From Spirochaetia bacterium (GTDB lineage Bacteria > Spirochaetota > Leptospiria > Turneriellales > JAOUOS01), in the NCBI GenBank assembly GCA_029880265.1, contig JAOUOT010000002.1:117353-181352 (forward strand): a stretch of DNA of 64,000 nucleotides. The letters run 5' to 3'. The stretch's first letter is position 1. Each line of letters opens with the position of its first letter. The notes beneath the pieces were generated by a model that saw only the letters and a program-made list of their open reading frames with translations, did no database searches and was not told where the DNA came from. Position numbers and translations under genes: made by a program. This document shows positions 10,047 through 21,807 of the stretch, in pieces.

Positions 10047-10205
10047 ATCCGCCTTCTTTTCATTGTTTATTTTATACTTGATACTATTATCTATTAACCA
10101 TAAATGTTAATATTTTTTATTTAAATATGCAATATAGTCATTATTTTAGTTTTCATCAATAAAAACTATTAAATTTTATATATATTTTTCTTTAATATCT
10201 TAAAA

Positions 10206-11795
10206 TCAGTTATATTCGTTCTCTGGCCGATATAGTATATCAATTCCTGAATCTAGATAACCAATCCACACAAAATCATCTTCTATACGAATCATTGTCA
10301 CTTCGTTAGAGCTAAGGCCTTCAATTGCTCTTAGTTTTTCAATTTTTTCGGTTTCTCTATTAAAAATTCGAATGCCGTTGCCCGATGTTCCAATCCATAT
10401 TTCTTTATCTTTTTTAGCTATCGTGGTGGGGAAAGGAATTCCCCAATCAAAAGATTTAATCTTTTTTTGAATCATATCATATCGATATATTCCGGCTTTA
10501 TGAACGCCAATCCACAAATAACGTCCATCAATAAACAGCGCCTTTATATTATCTTCTTTGAGAAATCCGTTTTTTTTATTTAAATATAGAATTTCATTAT
10601 TTTTTTTATCTTTTATAATGACGCCGTTTTCCAGAGTTCCAAAAGCGATATATTGATGATCTGCTACGATAGAGTAAACATAATTTGTTTTAATAAATGA
10701 ATTAACGTCGAGTATTTCAATGCTTTTCTTATAGATATCATATTTTACCGCTCCGTTTGAAAGAGTTGTAAAGTATATATATCTATCGTCTTTTATTACT
10801 TTTTGAGCCAAAGTGAACATCTTTTCTTTTTGGTTTAACGAGTACACCCTGCTTTTTTTCTTGTCATAAACAAAAATTCCGTCATATGAAGCCAGATATA
10901 GATTATCAAAATCGACATAAGCTGATCTTAGCTGGCTCGAGGGCAGCGATATTCTGTCAAAAATTTCTCTTGAACGAGAAAAGCGGGCCAATCCCCTTCC
11001 CCATGTTACCACCCATACGTCGTCTCCGTCGACCCTTATATCGGCGACCGCATTATCGGGCAGACCTTCTTTATTTGTTATATTAATTAAAGTTAATTTT
11101 CTAAGTAAAAATTTTAATTTGGGCGTCTCTATCTTGCCAAGCTGCATTGATCTTAGTAAATATGAATAAGCCAGATGGTTTTTTCTGAATTTATTTGCGA
11201 AAAGCAATCCCAATTTATAATATGCTTTTTGTATTGCTTTATTTTTTTCGTTTTCAGACATGCCGATATTTTGCGCTTCAAGCAGCCTTAGCGCATTTTG
11301 ATAATATTTTGTCGCATTTTTCCATTGTCTGCTATCTTCCATTAATTGCCCCAAAATCATATACGCGTTTATAATTTGATTTTTTTTATCTGTTTTTTTC
11401 TCTTGATTTAAATATTCTTTCAGGTAATATTCTGATCTTTGAGTAATTTTTAATTCATAATAACAATTTCCAAATAAATAAAGAATTTCTTTTCGATAAC
11501 GGTTATGCGGATATCTCTTTTGTAATTTGCTGTAGTATGAAATTGCGTCAAAATATTCTTTTTGATTACGGGCGATTTCTCCTAAGTAAAAAAAAGCGTC
11601 GCGAACCTCATATTCATAAGGATTTTGTTTAATAAAAGCGTTAAATTTTACTTTGGCTTCGTTCCATTCTTTATCTTCAAAATGATCAATTCCTTCTTCA
11701 AAAAGCTCTAAAGAAGTTGAAGCATCTATAAAATAAGGCGCGGCAAAAAACAACAATAATATTATTTTTATTTCAAATCTACGATTGAATTTCAT
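10206..11795 (-). CDS. Exported TPR plus beta-propeller protein
   Basis: Signal peptide, BamD/YbgF-like TPRs (DAFFYLGEI, EILYLFGNCYY), then two-component-regulator-type propeller repeats (GLPDNAV, VWVVTWGRGL, IWIGTSGNGI, GLSSNEV). Confidence 0.8.
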   Translation of the reverse strand: MKFNRRFEIKIILLLFFAAPYFIDASTSLELFEEGIDHFEDKEWNEAKVKFNAFIKQNPYEYEVRDAFFYLGEIARNQKEYFDAISYYSKLQKRYPHNRYRKEILYLFGNCYYELKITQRSEYYLKEYLNQEKKTDKKNQIINAYMILGQLMEDSRQWKNATKYYQNALRLLEAQNIGMSENEKNKAIQKAYYKLGLLFANKFRKNHLAYSYLLRSMQLGKIETPKLKFLLRKLTLINITNKEGLPDNAVADIRVDGDDVWVVTWGRGLARFSRSREIFDRISLPSSQLRSAYVDFDNLYLASYDGIFVYDKKKSRVYSLNQKEKMFTLAQKVIKDDRYIYFTTLSNGAVKYDIYKKSIEILDVNSFIKTNYVYSIVADHQYIAFGTLENGVIIKDKKNNEILYLNKKNGFLKEDNIKALFIDGRYLWIGVHKAGIYRYDMIQKKIKSFDWGIPFPTTIAKKDKEIWIGTSGNGIRIFNRETEKIEKLRAIEGLSSNEVTMIRIEDDFVWIGYLDSGIDILYRPENEYN

Positions 11796-11807
11796 GTTTT
11801 TTTTAAC

Positions 11808-13154
11808 TTAAAATAATTCTGTTAATATATTCTCGGACGCTAAGCGGTATTTCAACAATCTTTTGATAAAATCGTCAGATTCTGTTTTAATATAAGCCGA
11901 CGCTAAAGAAGAATAATTTTTTATCCATTCCATTGGAATATACGCATACGCAATTTTTCTTAACGATTTATCTTTATTTCCAAATATCCATCTAATAAAC
12001 CGCCGGTTATTAAACTCGGGCAGTAAAAATATTTTTGTTAAATTCTGCTTTACTGCCGCCGCTTTCATCTCTTCAGGCATACCATCCCAAAACTCAAAAG
12101 ATTTTTCGGGCATTGTTTTTAATCTAACGCGAAAGCATGCACAGCTTATTTCTACTTTGCATCTGTCTTTTAAAATATTTTGTTCATTTGAATGCATTCT
12201 ATCATAATTTGAAGAGAACAAGTAAACGGCGCTTGTGGTTTCATTTGCGGATATAATTTGATTAAATATTTTCTTTAACCTGTCTCTTCTTGAAGAGTCG
12301 CGATGTTCCAGCGCGGTAAAATAAGACGAGATTAGCCAACGGTTTATGATAGAAGAATTTTTTTTTGCTAATTTTTCATAATCAGCCCCGTCAAATTGAT
12401 ATTTATCAATAATATTTAAGATTTGGGTTAGTCTATGTTTAGGAACCCCGCTGATATCAAAATCTAAAAAGGCGTCGGATAGATCTTTTATATTTCCTTT
12501 TTTATTTTCAGCTAAAAGAACTCCCCAAAATATATTATGTATTTCTTCTGTGTTAAGCAGTTTCGCTTCAGTTAAATATGGCTTTATTAAATCGATTATT
12601 TTGCGATCATGTTCTCTTGAAGCTAAAAACCACTCATGCCCAAGTTGAAAGCGATAAAACACCTGTTGAAACCATTCTATTTCTTCGGATCCCGGATTTT
12701 CAACCGTTTTAATAAAGTATAGCCCAAGTTTTCGGTTATCTTTTTTCTTGAATAATTTAGCCAGAATAAATCTAAATTTTTTTGAATCAATCTTTGCCAG
12801 AATCTTAACGATTTTTTCGGCAAAATTTCTCTTCTTATTTTTTTGTAAAAAAGAAAACAGCGAATTAAAGTGATTTTGGGGCAAAATAATTTCCATTTGA
12901 ATTAATATTCTATTTATAACATTCTTTGAGTTCTCTTTATATAAATGATTGAATATCTTTTCTGTCAGATTTTTATTTTTCTTTTCAAATGCCTCATTTA
13001 TCATTTTGAGTTTTTCATCGTCTGATCCAGATTCTAATTTTTTAATTAATGTTTCCTGATAGTTGTCTTTTGACTTTTTTTTTTGAACAGAATATAAAGA
13101 AGTATTCATAAATATGAATATGTAAAAGACTATAAGATAAGGCAGAATTCGCAT
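11808..13154 (-). CDS. Hypothetical exported alpha-helical (HEAT/ARM-like) protein
   Basis: 448-aa ORF in an operon, with a signal peptide and helical repeat character. Confidence 0.6.
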   Translation of the reverse strand: MRILPYLIVFYIFIFMNTSLYSVQKKKSKDNYQETLIKKLESGSDDEKLKMINEAFEKKNKNLTEKIFNHLYKENSKNVINRILIQMEIILPQNHFNSLFSFLQKNKKRNFAEKIVKILAKIDSKKFRFILAKLFKKKDNRKLGLYFIKTVENPGSEEIEWFQQVFYRFQLGHEWFLASREHDRKIIDLIKPYLTEAKLLNTEEIHNIFWGVLLAENKKGNIKDLSDAFLDFDISGVPKHRLTQILNIIDKYQFDGADYEKLAKKNSSIINRWLISSYFTALEHRDSSRRDRLKKIFNQIISANETTSAVYLFSSNYDRMHSNEQNILKDRCKVEISCACFRVRLKTMPEKSFEFWDGMPEEMKAAAVKQNLTKIFLLPEFNNRRFIRWIFGNKDKSLRKIAYAYIPMEWIKNYSSLASAYIKTESDDFIKRLLKYRLASENILTELF

Positions 13155-13172
13155 ATTATAATAATAATTAGT

Positions 13173-13649
13173 TTATTCTTCTTTTTTGGCGGTATCAGAT
13201 TTTTGTTTTAAAATCCAAAATACAAAAGTTAATACTAGAATCAATATTGAAACGGCCGCAATATAAATATTTCTTAATGAATTAATATCTATAAGCGTAT
13301 TTTCTTGCTCTTCAATACTCTTTTTCTCGTCGATAAATTTCCATATTTGAACGTCATTATCGTAATATAAATATGTTTTAGCAAAGTCTTTACCGGCTTC
13401 TTTATCGTTTTTTAGTATGCCTATTTTATTTTCTAATTTGCTTATTGAATTATTTATCGATGCTATTTCATTTTCCAGATTTTTCTTTTTAATTAATTCA
13501 TTTTGATACTCGAGATATCCGTTTCTACCAAAATAAAAATTATATACGATTATACATAAAATTAAAAATAAAAAGGGCCATAAAAGCCAATTTTCATAAC
13601 TCGATTTTAACAATTCGCGAATTTTCACTAAATATAACTTAATTATCAT
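13173..13649 (-). CDS. ftsB: Septum formation initiator FtsB/DivIC family protein with an extra C-terminal TM helix
   Basis: TM, then FGRNGY motif and coiled coil; located right after eno (conserved synteny). Confidence 0.75.
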   Translation of the reverse strand: MIIKLYLVKIRELLKSSYENWLLWPFLFLILCIIVYNFYFGRNGYLEYQNELIKKKNLENEIASINNSISKLENKIGILKNDKEAGKDFAKTYLYYDNDVQIWKFIDEKKSIEEQENTLIDINSLRNIYIAAVSILILVLTFVFWILKQKSDTAKKEE

Positions 13650-13678
13650 GACTATTTAAGTCAAGAAAAATATATTAT

Positions 13679-14974
<1,296 letters not shown>

Positions 14975-15146
14975 TTAAAGAGCTCTTGTAAACGGCAATT
15001 TTTTATATTTTTTCCAAAAAAAATCAATTTTAAGCGGAATGATTTTGAAATAAAGGGGTATTTATATATTAATATGAGATTACAAAAAAACATCGGAGAG
15101 TTGCTCATTTCTTGTAGTCTCAATATAATAGTTAAAGGAGAAAAAA

Positions 15147-15518
15147 ATGTACGAAAACAAAATGCAAATTCACCAAATCGTGGGACGTCTGGTAAAAGAC
15201 CCTGAACTTAAAGAAACGAAAACAGGAAAGCTTCTGCTGAACTTTACCATAGCATATAACACAAGAAGAACGTCAGACTCAGAGGGTTCCCATTCTAATT
15301 TTCTGCCCGTTGAAATTTGGGAAAAAAGCGCCGAGAAGTTTTCTAAGATATTAAAAAAAGGGATGAAAATCATCGCCAAAGGCGAACTGCTTCAGAATCG
15401 ATGGAAAAATGAGAATGGAGAAACACGCTCAACCATACGCCTTTCGGCTGAAGATATCGCCGTCGCAGATTTGAAATTCAGGCCCTCTGAAGAGATAGTA
15501 GCGCAGCTTACAGCCTAA
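15147..15518 (+). CDS. ssb: Short single-stranded DNA-binding protein (OB fold, no acidic C-terminal tip)
   Basis: IVGRLVKDPELKET, LKKGMKIIAKGEL and W..ENGETRS motifs; GGAG RBS. Confidence 0.88.
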   Translation: MYENKMQIHQIVGRLVKDPELKETKTGKLLLNFTIAYNTRRTSDSEGSHSNFLPVEIWEKSAEKFSKILKKGMKIIAKGELLQNRWKNENGETRSTIRLSAEDIAVADLKFRPSEEIVAQLTA

Positions 15519-15549
15519 TTGCTTTACAAAGAGTTTTGCAAAATTAAAT

Positions 15550-15695
15550 GGTTGTGTAATAAGCGGTATTTCGATACATTTTCGGCCGTTCATTGAGTTA
15601 AAAATGCCTAAAATAAGCATTTTTCGTATCGCAAGCAAAGCTAGCCGAAGGCTGATGAGGCGGAAAACACTCAATAACCGACTTATTACACAGCC
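15550..15695. mobile_element. MITE-like or structured intergenic element with terminal inverted repeats
   Basis: GGTTGTGTAATAAGCGGT (15550-15567) is the imperfect inverted repeat of ACCGACTTATTACACAGCC (15677-15695). Inner stems are ATTGAGT/ACTCAAT, AAAAATGC/GCATTTTT and AGCC/GGCT. Confidence 0.5.
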
Positions 15696-15713
15696 CCATA
15701 ATTTCGATTTAAC

Positions 15714-15929
15714 ATGATAATTAACGTAAAAGCTCATACCAATTCTTCTGAAAAAAAAATATTAATCAAAGACGAAACTTTTCACGTTTACATTCATATA
15801 GCGGCCGAAAAAGGAAAAGCAAACAAAGAGCTGATAAAATTAATCGCTGAATATTTTAAGGTTCCTTTAAGCAAGGTAAAGATAATCAAAGGATTACGTT
15901 CTCGCAGCAAGAAAGTTGAAGTTCTTTAA
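15714..15929 (+). CDS. DUF167/YggU (UPF0235) family protein
   Basis: KGKANKELIKLIAEYFKVP..V.IIKG..SR.K motif. Confidence 0.9.
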   Translation: MIINVKAHTNSSEKKILIKDETFHVYIHIAAEKGKANKELIKLIAEYFKVPLSKVKIIKGLRSRSKKVEVL

Positions 15930-17072
15930 TCAGTTGCGGCGTCTCGCGGTCTTGGGCGTAAGCGCGTCAATAAATTCAAGATAGCGTTTAGATTCTTTTT
16001 CGCCTTCGGCAAAACCCGTAATTTTAACGCCTATAATTACGTCATTTGCAGGGTTAGTTCCAAAATAAGCGATTTCAGAAAAAACGCTTATCGGCTTTTG
16101 AACTCCAAAGATTATATCAAAGCTAAATCCTTTTTGTTGTATTAAATTTTTCTTCAAAGCCGCGTCAGTGATGAGAAGCTGAAGCCCTCTTTTTGAAATA
16201 TTTCTGACTATCTGGTTCGTATGCACATAAACCGCATTCGCTTCTCTAACCTTATCAATCATGCTATTCGCGATTTCTTTTATTTCATCGGCCATCTCAA
16301 TGGAAATTGGATTTTTTTTATTCACTAATTGAATATAACCAATAGACATTTTTTTGCCGTCATGCCCTACATAATTGATGGGAACAATAAGCTCAGATAC
16401 GATTTTCTTGCTTTTATATTCATGAATAACCTTGTTTATGTCGCTTTCCATTTCGTTTCTGTAATCAATGAATTTTTCATGATCGTCAGACATATAAGAA
16501 TATTCATCTGTAGTGTCTGATATATATAACATTTTTCCCGATTTTCTTACAAGTTCAAATTTTTCTGTTTTTTTATCAAAAACTTCTACATGTATATCGT
16601 CAGCCTTGTCTGATAAAACATTTTCATATTGTTTAAAATAAACCTTTATAGATGTAGGCACATTAAATAATAAGGAGCTTATCACCTGTTTTGTCGCCCT
16701 TATATTGCTGACATGAACCTTATTTCTTTCAATGGGAATTCTTTGGTCTTTTCTATCTTCTAATGAAACTTTTATTTCGCGCAATTCAGCCGTATAGTTT
16801 TCTCTGTCATGTCTTTCTTTTATGGCCGCGTTTATCAACATATATTTTCCGTTCATGCGATAAAATATGGCACTTTCCTTCAGTTCATATTCTGTTTTAA
16901 TCTCTATTTCAAGGGGATCTTTTACCTCGCGAACTGTTAAGACGATAGGATTATACAAACCTTTGATAAAAAAAGTATTTCCTGAGAGATAATTTCCCGC
17001 CATTTTTTTTAAGCCGTCAGTATCATTGATAATCTGAAACTTGCGCTGTAGTCTTTCGTGAAAAGTTCCCAT
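15930..17072 (-). CDS. DUF1577-like PilZ-related protein (Leptospira type)
   Basis: 380 aa with RKDQR (RxxxR), SELIVPI.Y, IGYIQL and VRNISKRGL (PilZ-like NxSxxG). Confidence 0.7.
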   Translation of the reverse strand: MGTFHERLQRKFQIINDTDGLKKMAGNYLSGNTFFIKGLYNPIVLTVREVKDPLEIEIKTEYELKESAIFYRMNGKYMLINAAIKERHDRENYTAELREIKVSLEDRKDQRIPIERNKVHVSNIRATKQVISSLLFNVPTSIKVYFKQYENVLSDKADDIHVEVFDKKTEKFELVRKSGKMLYISDTTDEYSYMSDDHEKFIDYRNEMESDINKVIHEYKSKKIVSELIVPINYVGHDGKKMSIGYIQLVNKKNPISIEMADEIKEIANSMIDKVREANAVYVHTNQIVRNISKRGLQLLITDAALKKNLIQQKGFSFDIIFGVQKPISVFSEIAYFGTNPANDVIIGVKITGFAEGEKESKRYLEFIDALTPKTARRRN

Positions 17073-17079
17073 TTTATTT

Positions 17080-18324
17080 TTAATCTTTTAATAAATGCCC
17101 TAATTTTGAAAATTTTGTATCTAAATATTTTTGATTATATTTATTGGGTTTGATGACAAGCGGGACCCTTTCTACAACTTCGAGATTATAGGCATCTAGA
17201 CCCACAATTTTTCTTGGATTATTGGTTAATAGTCTGATTTTTTTTAATCCCAATTTTACCAGTATCTGAGCTCCTATACCATAATCTCTTAAATCAGGCG
17301 GAAATCCGAGTTTTTCATTTGCTTCAACCGTATCTAAACCTTCATCTTGCATATGATAGGCCTTTAGCTTATTTACAATGCCTATTCCCCGGCCTTCCTG
17401 GCGCATATACAATATTACTCCCTTTTTCTGATCTGCTATTAATTTCATTGCCGCTTCAAGTTGTTCTCCGCAATCGCATCTTTGGGAATTAAAAACGTCA
17501 CCCGTTAAACACTCTGAATGAACCCTTACCAGTATGGGTTCCTGTTCGTTCCAGGAGCCCATTGATAAAGCCATATGCACCTTTTTATCTAATGAGCACT
17601 TGAATGCCTTAACGTTAAAAACACCATATTTTGTGGGTATTTTAGCCTCGGCCTCAAAATTTACATTTTTTTCGCGTTTTCTTCGATATGCGATTAAATC
17701 TTTAATCGTTACTATTTTTAAATTATGCTTCTGCGCGAACTTTATAAGATCCTTCATTCTTGCCATAGTGCCGTCAGAGTTCATTATCTCGCAAATTACG
17801 CCCGCCGGTTTTTTACCAGCTAAATTCATTAAATCAATACATGCTTCAGTGTGACCTGCCCGCACCAGTACTCCTCCGTCTTTTGCGACTAAGGGGAAAA
17901 CATGCCCCGGTTTAACAAAATCTTCAGAGTTTGTTTTAAAATCGCTTAGTTGTTTTATTGTTTTTGACCTATCTGAAGCCGATATCCCTGTTTTAATATT
18001 ATGCTTTGCGTCGACTGAAATAGTAAAAGCCGTTCTATGAACATCCTGATTTTCTTTTACCATAGGACCAAGCTCTAATTGCGCGGCCCTTTCTGAAGTA
18101 ATGGGAGCGCATATTAAACCTCTGCCATGAGACGCCATAAAATTTATTTTTTCAGGAGTCGCGTCTTGCGCCGACATCACCAAATCTCCCTCATTTTCGC
18201 GATCTTCAGAGTCTGTCACAATCAGCATCCTGCCCGATTTAATGTCTTTAATGGCCTCTTCAATGGACGATAATATTTCTTTCTCGTTTTTCTTTTTTTT
18301 AAGTTTTGAAAGTACAGCTCTCAT
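17080..18324 (-). CDS. ribBA: Bifunctional DHBP synthase / GTP cyclohydrolase II
   Basis: [29 protein letters not shown] and QEGRGIG motifs. Confidence 0.98.
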   Translation of the reverse strand: MRAVLSKLKKKKNEKEILSSIEEAIKDIKSGRMLIVTDSEDRENEGDLVMSAQDATPEKINFMASHGRGLICAPITSERAAQLELGPMVKENQDVHRTAFTISVDAKHNIKTGISASDRSKTIKQLSDFKTNSEDFVKPGHVFPLVAKDGGVLVRAGHTEACIDLMNLAGKKPAGVICEIMNSDGTMARMKDLIKFAQKHNLKIVTIKDLIAYRRKREKNVNFEAEAKIPTKYGVFNVKAFKCSLDKKVHMALSMGSWNEQEPILVRVHSECLTGDVFNSQRCDCGEQLEAAMKLIADQKKGVILYMRQEGRGIGIVNKLKAYHMQDEGLDTVEANEKLGFPPDLRDYGIGAQILVKLGLKKIRLLTNNPRKIVGLDAYNLEVVERVPLVIKPNKYNQKYLDTKFSKLGHLLKD

Positions 18325-18439
18325 TTTTTATTCTCTTCTTATTGTAATTTATTTCTTATTATAAAATTAATATAATTTTTACGCTTTTTGGCATTAAAAA
18401 ATATATTCTTTAACATTTATGATTTTGCTTTATAAAAGC

Positions 18440-20412
18440 TCATTCAAAAATTTTGACAGAAGCCGCATATTTTAGAATTTTTTTGCTCAATAAATCTTTA
18501 TCTAAATTTCCTTCGGAACCATAAGAAACCGTATATGCAAATTCAGGACTTTTATTCTTACTGTACTTAGGGTGTAAAGATTGTATTATAGTATAACCTT
18601 CGTTAAAAAAAGCCACTTTGTTATAGGGATGTTTTTCATTTGTTATTTTTTTCCATTCGTCTTTATAAGAATCGCTTAAATCTTTATCGGGAGATATGTA
18701 CCGATAAAGATAAAAAACCCCTCCTTTGTTTTCATGCTCTCCGATGACAATACCCGATATGTTCCAAACAACGTCGGTTTTATCTTGATGATAAGATAAA
18801 ACAAGCTTTAAATAACTTTTATCGTCAATATCGTGCATATCGTTTTCATATGATATAGAAAGTCTTTTCGATTTAAATTTTGCCCATTTTTTATTTTTAT
18901 AGCTAAAATCAACTTTTCTTAAAACATCGGGCAGATAATCTTTATATTCTAAAAATTCTTTCCATTCTTGAAAGGTTCCATAATATGATAAATACAGAAA
19001 ATCTACTAATATCTTTGTATCAACTATAAAACTAAAATCTATCGCTCCCGTGCTTCCGAACCTTAAAATCACGACCATGCCCGCCGGCGTCGGCATTGAA
19101 AAGGTCATTATCTTTTGATCAGAGTATTCGAGGTTCCAGGAGCGAACAATCCATTTTCTACTGTATTTATCGACATGAACATATTCTTCATCGGCTTTTC
19201 CCATAGAAGTAATTCTTACTTTATCAGATCCTACATTTCTCGAAATTGGAACCCCTTCTAATATTAAATCAAAAAACATTTTTGAATCGGAATATAAATC
19301 TCTTAATTTCATATCATCGGGTTTTTGAATTCTCATTAAAAAATATTCATTTATCCATCCATACTGTATAAATCCGTTTTTTCCCAAATCGGCCTTTCCT
19401 TTTTCTGAAGGACCAAAGGCATCCCAGTATCCGTCTTTTCCCTGAGCTATAATATTGGGAAATACCGTTGAATAATTTGAATGAAGCAGATTTTTTGACT
19501 TGGGCCGCGGGGAAATATTTCTTTTTCATATTTATTAAACATCCCTTTCAATATTTTTTCTGTATATTCTTTTGTATCTTTTTCAAATTTTTCATTTAAA
19601 GACTTATATGTATCGGGTAAATTAAATTCTTTATGATATATATCATAATCGCTGTAACTCATATTATCTAAGCCATACTTAATCTGTTTATGCGAAATTG
19701 CAATAGGCTTTTCAGTCAAGGCCTCGCCAATAGGAAGAGCATAGTTTAAATTTTCATTGGATGATTTCATGCACACAATACCGATAACTTTTCCGTTTTT
19801 ATTCAACAAAGGACCGCCGCTGTTTCCCGGAGAGGCGGCCGCTGAAAATCGTATCCACTTCCATTCACCGTTTTCTTGTTCGGGCGTATTCGACGTATAC
19901 AAGCCGTCTCTAATAACAATTCCCTCTCCTAAGGCGTTGCCTACGGCATAAACTTTTTCATTTAGTACGGGATTTTTATCAATGCTTAAAAATTTCGCCG
20001 CTTTCTTATTTTTCAGATTAAAAACTACGAAATCTCTATGATCAGAATAATTTAATATATTATCTATTTCAAAGACGTTCCCTTTTTTATCTCTTATAAA
20101 GACTTCGCGATATTGGCTTCCGTCGCCTATCGGCATAACATGAGCCGCAGAAACATATTTGTTAGATTCTATCGCAAACGCGCTGCCGATAGAGATATAT
20201 TTATCGTTTCGAACAGCGTAAGGAATTAAATGCATTGGAAGTTCTTTTTCATAGGTAACGTCAATAGGTTCGTTCTTCTTTACAATAACTTCATATACGG
20301 CTTCATTGATAGTTTCAATTGTTAACGACGATAAGCCGTTACCTGTCTCTTGAGCCGCAATATTATAAATAGATATTAATAATAACCCGTTTATTAATAT
20401 AAACTTCTTCAT
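18440..20412 (-). pseudogene. Exported trypsin-like (S1) serine protease, split by a 1-nt frameshift
   Basis: ORF 19447-20412 has a signal peptide and the triad SAAH / RDF / GNSGGP. The frame of ORF 18440-19387 stays open upstream to about 19500. One extra A in the A6 run (plus-strand T6, 19491-19496) would join them into a protein of about 657 aa. Confidence 0.75.
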
Positions 20413-20557
20413 ATTTTTTACTTTCCTTTCGTAATTTTCAATTATATAAATAAATATGAATCATATACGTCAAGTCATTATTAAAACAAGACAGGCGCAA
20501 TGAGGCGGTTACGAATTGCCAACTCTGTTGATTTTGTAGTCTTAAGATAAAGATTTT

Positions 20558-21052
20558 TTATACTTGTTCGCCGCCGATATAGTTTTTACTTCTCTCTATC
20601 GATTGAAGAGCTAAATATTGAATGCCGTACCTTTCAAGATTTGCATATTCATCGTCATATTGACTAAAATGCCTTTCTTCGTCAAGCACCAGCTCTTCAA
20701 AAATCTTTTTAGATACAGAATCTGCGTTTTGTGAACATTCATTGGCACATTGGTTATAATCTTTCATACTTTCTTCTTCCATCTGTTTTGCGGTTTCTAA
20801 CATTTTTTTAACGTCTTGTATTTTTGTTATATCGCCGTTTGTCTTCATTTCGACATCGCCCTTTAAAAACAGTATTCTTTCGGCAATTTTTTCAACATGC
20901 ATCATTTCTTCTATAGCGGTTTTTCTAAACAAACCTGCCAATAAATCAAAACCCTGATCGTCACAGTGAAAATGAAAATACATATACTGGTGTACCGCAA
21001 AAAGCTCATCTGCCACGGCCTTATTTAATAGTTCAATGCTTTTTTTATACAT
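20558..21052 (-). CDS. bfr: Bacterioferritin
   Basis: Ferroxidase ligands DELFAVHQY, EEMMH (with the heme-ligand Met region), EEES and DEERH. Confidence 0.93.
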   Translation of the reverse strand: MYKKSIELLNKAVADELFAVHQYMYFHFHCDDQGFDLLAGLFRKTAIEEMMHVEKIAERILFLKGDVEMKTNGDITKIQDVKKMLETAKQMEEESMKDYNQCANECSQNADSVSKKIFEELVLDEERHFSQYDDEYANLERYGIQYLALQSIERSKNYIGGEQV

Positions 21053-21156
21053 TTTTAACTCCTATAATGTTCATTTGCTAATAATTCATATAATATTTAC
21101 TAAAGACATAGAGCAAACTACTTTTATTTTTTTTAATATAAAATAATAAAAAAAAA

Positions 21157-21185
21157 TTGCCATTATTTTATATTTAGCATATAAT
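21157..21185 (+). promoter_or_regulatory. Sigma70-type promoter of the tetR gene
   Basis: TTGCCA (21157-21162), 17-bp spacer, TATAAT (21180-21185). Confidence 0.7.
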
Positions 21186-21210
21186 GTTAGTTAGTATTAA
21201 CTAACATTAT
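21181..21210. promoter_or_regulatory. Palindromic operator, probably bound by the adjacent TetR
   Basis: ATAATGTTAGTTA-GTAT-TAACTAACATTAT has perfect 13-bp arms and overlaps the -10 box and predicted start site. Confidence 0.8.
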
Positions 21211-21216
21211 CAGACT

Positions 21217-21789
21217 ATGAATAAAGTATCAAGAAAAGAATCTATAATAAATGCCGCCATTGCAGTTTTAGGAGAAAAAGGAGCTCCCCATTTGACTATG
21301 CTTGAAATTGCCGATAAAGCCGGAATTACCGACGCCGCTATCTACAGACATTTTAAAAATAAAACAGATCTTCTAACGTCTATAGTAAAGAAAATCTCTT
21401 CTTCATTAACGACAATAACAAGCGCAGATTCCGGCGAGACCCCTGAAAAGAGACTAAAAAACATCTTAAATAAACAACTTGAACTTATCGAAAGAAATCC
21501 GGGAATTCCAAGAATATTATTTTCAGATTACCTTCATATACATGACGCATCATTGAAAAAAATGATGTTAGATACGGTTCAAAGCTATATGAATAAAATC
21601 GAGGCGATTTTTCAAGAGGCTGTTGTTAAAGAAATTTTTCGTCAAGATTTAAATTCAAAAGCCGCTTCTTATGTTTTTTTAGGGCTCATTCAATCAAACG
21701 CCATTATCTGGTCGTTATCAGACTTTTCGTTTTCGCTTTCAGATAAATCAGAAGATCTCTGGGAAGCAGCTTTAAAAGGACTAAAATAA
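21217..21789 (+). CDS. TetR/AcrR family transcriptional regulator
   Basis: HTH motif TMLEIADKAGITDAAIYRHFKNKTDLL. Confidence 0.95.
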   Translation: MNKVSRKESIINAAIAVLGEKGAPHLTMLEIADKAGITDAAIYRHFKNKTDLLTSIVKKISSSLTTITSADSGETPEKRLKNILNKQLELIERNPGIPRILFSDYLHIHDASLKKMMLDTVQSYMNKIEAIFQEAVVKEIFRQDLNSKAASYVFLGLIQSNAIIWSLSDFSFSLSDKSEDLWEAALKGLK

Positions 21790-21807
21790 TTAGAATAGGA
21801 GAAAACA

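Noticed and set aside
15652..15667. CTGATGAG...GAAA resembling a hammerhead ribozyme core
   Set aside because: Only GGCG lies between CUGAUGA and GAAA, so stem II cannot form, and I found no correctly placed stems I/III with an NUH site.
15429..15737. 102-aa minus-strand ORF across the ssb-DUF167 gap
   Set aside because: It overlaps two credible genes in antisense and has no recognisable motifs; the inverted-repeat element explains the region better.
19347..19529. 60-aa ORF at the protease junction
   Set aside because: It is the third-frame by-product of the frameshifted protease gene.
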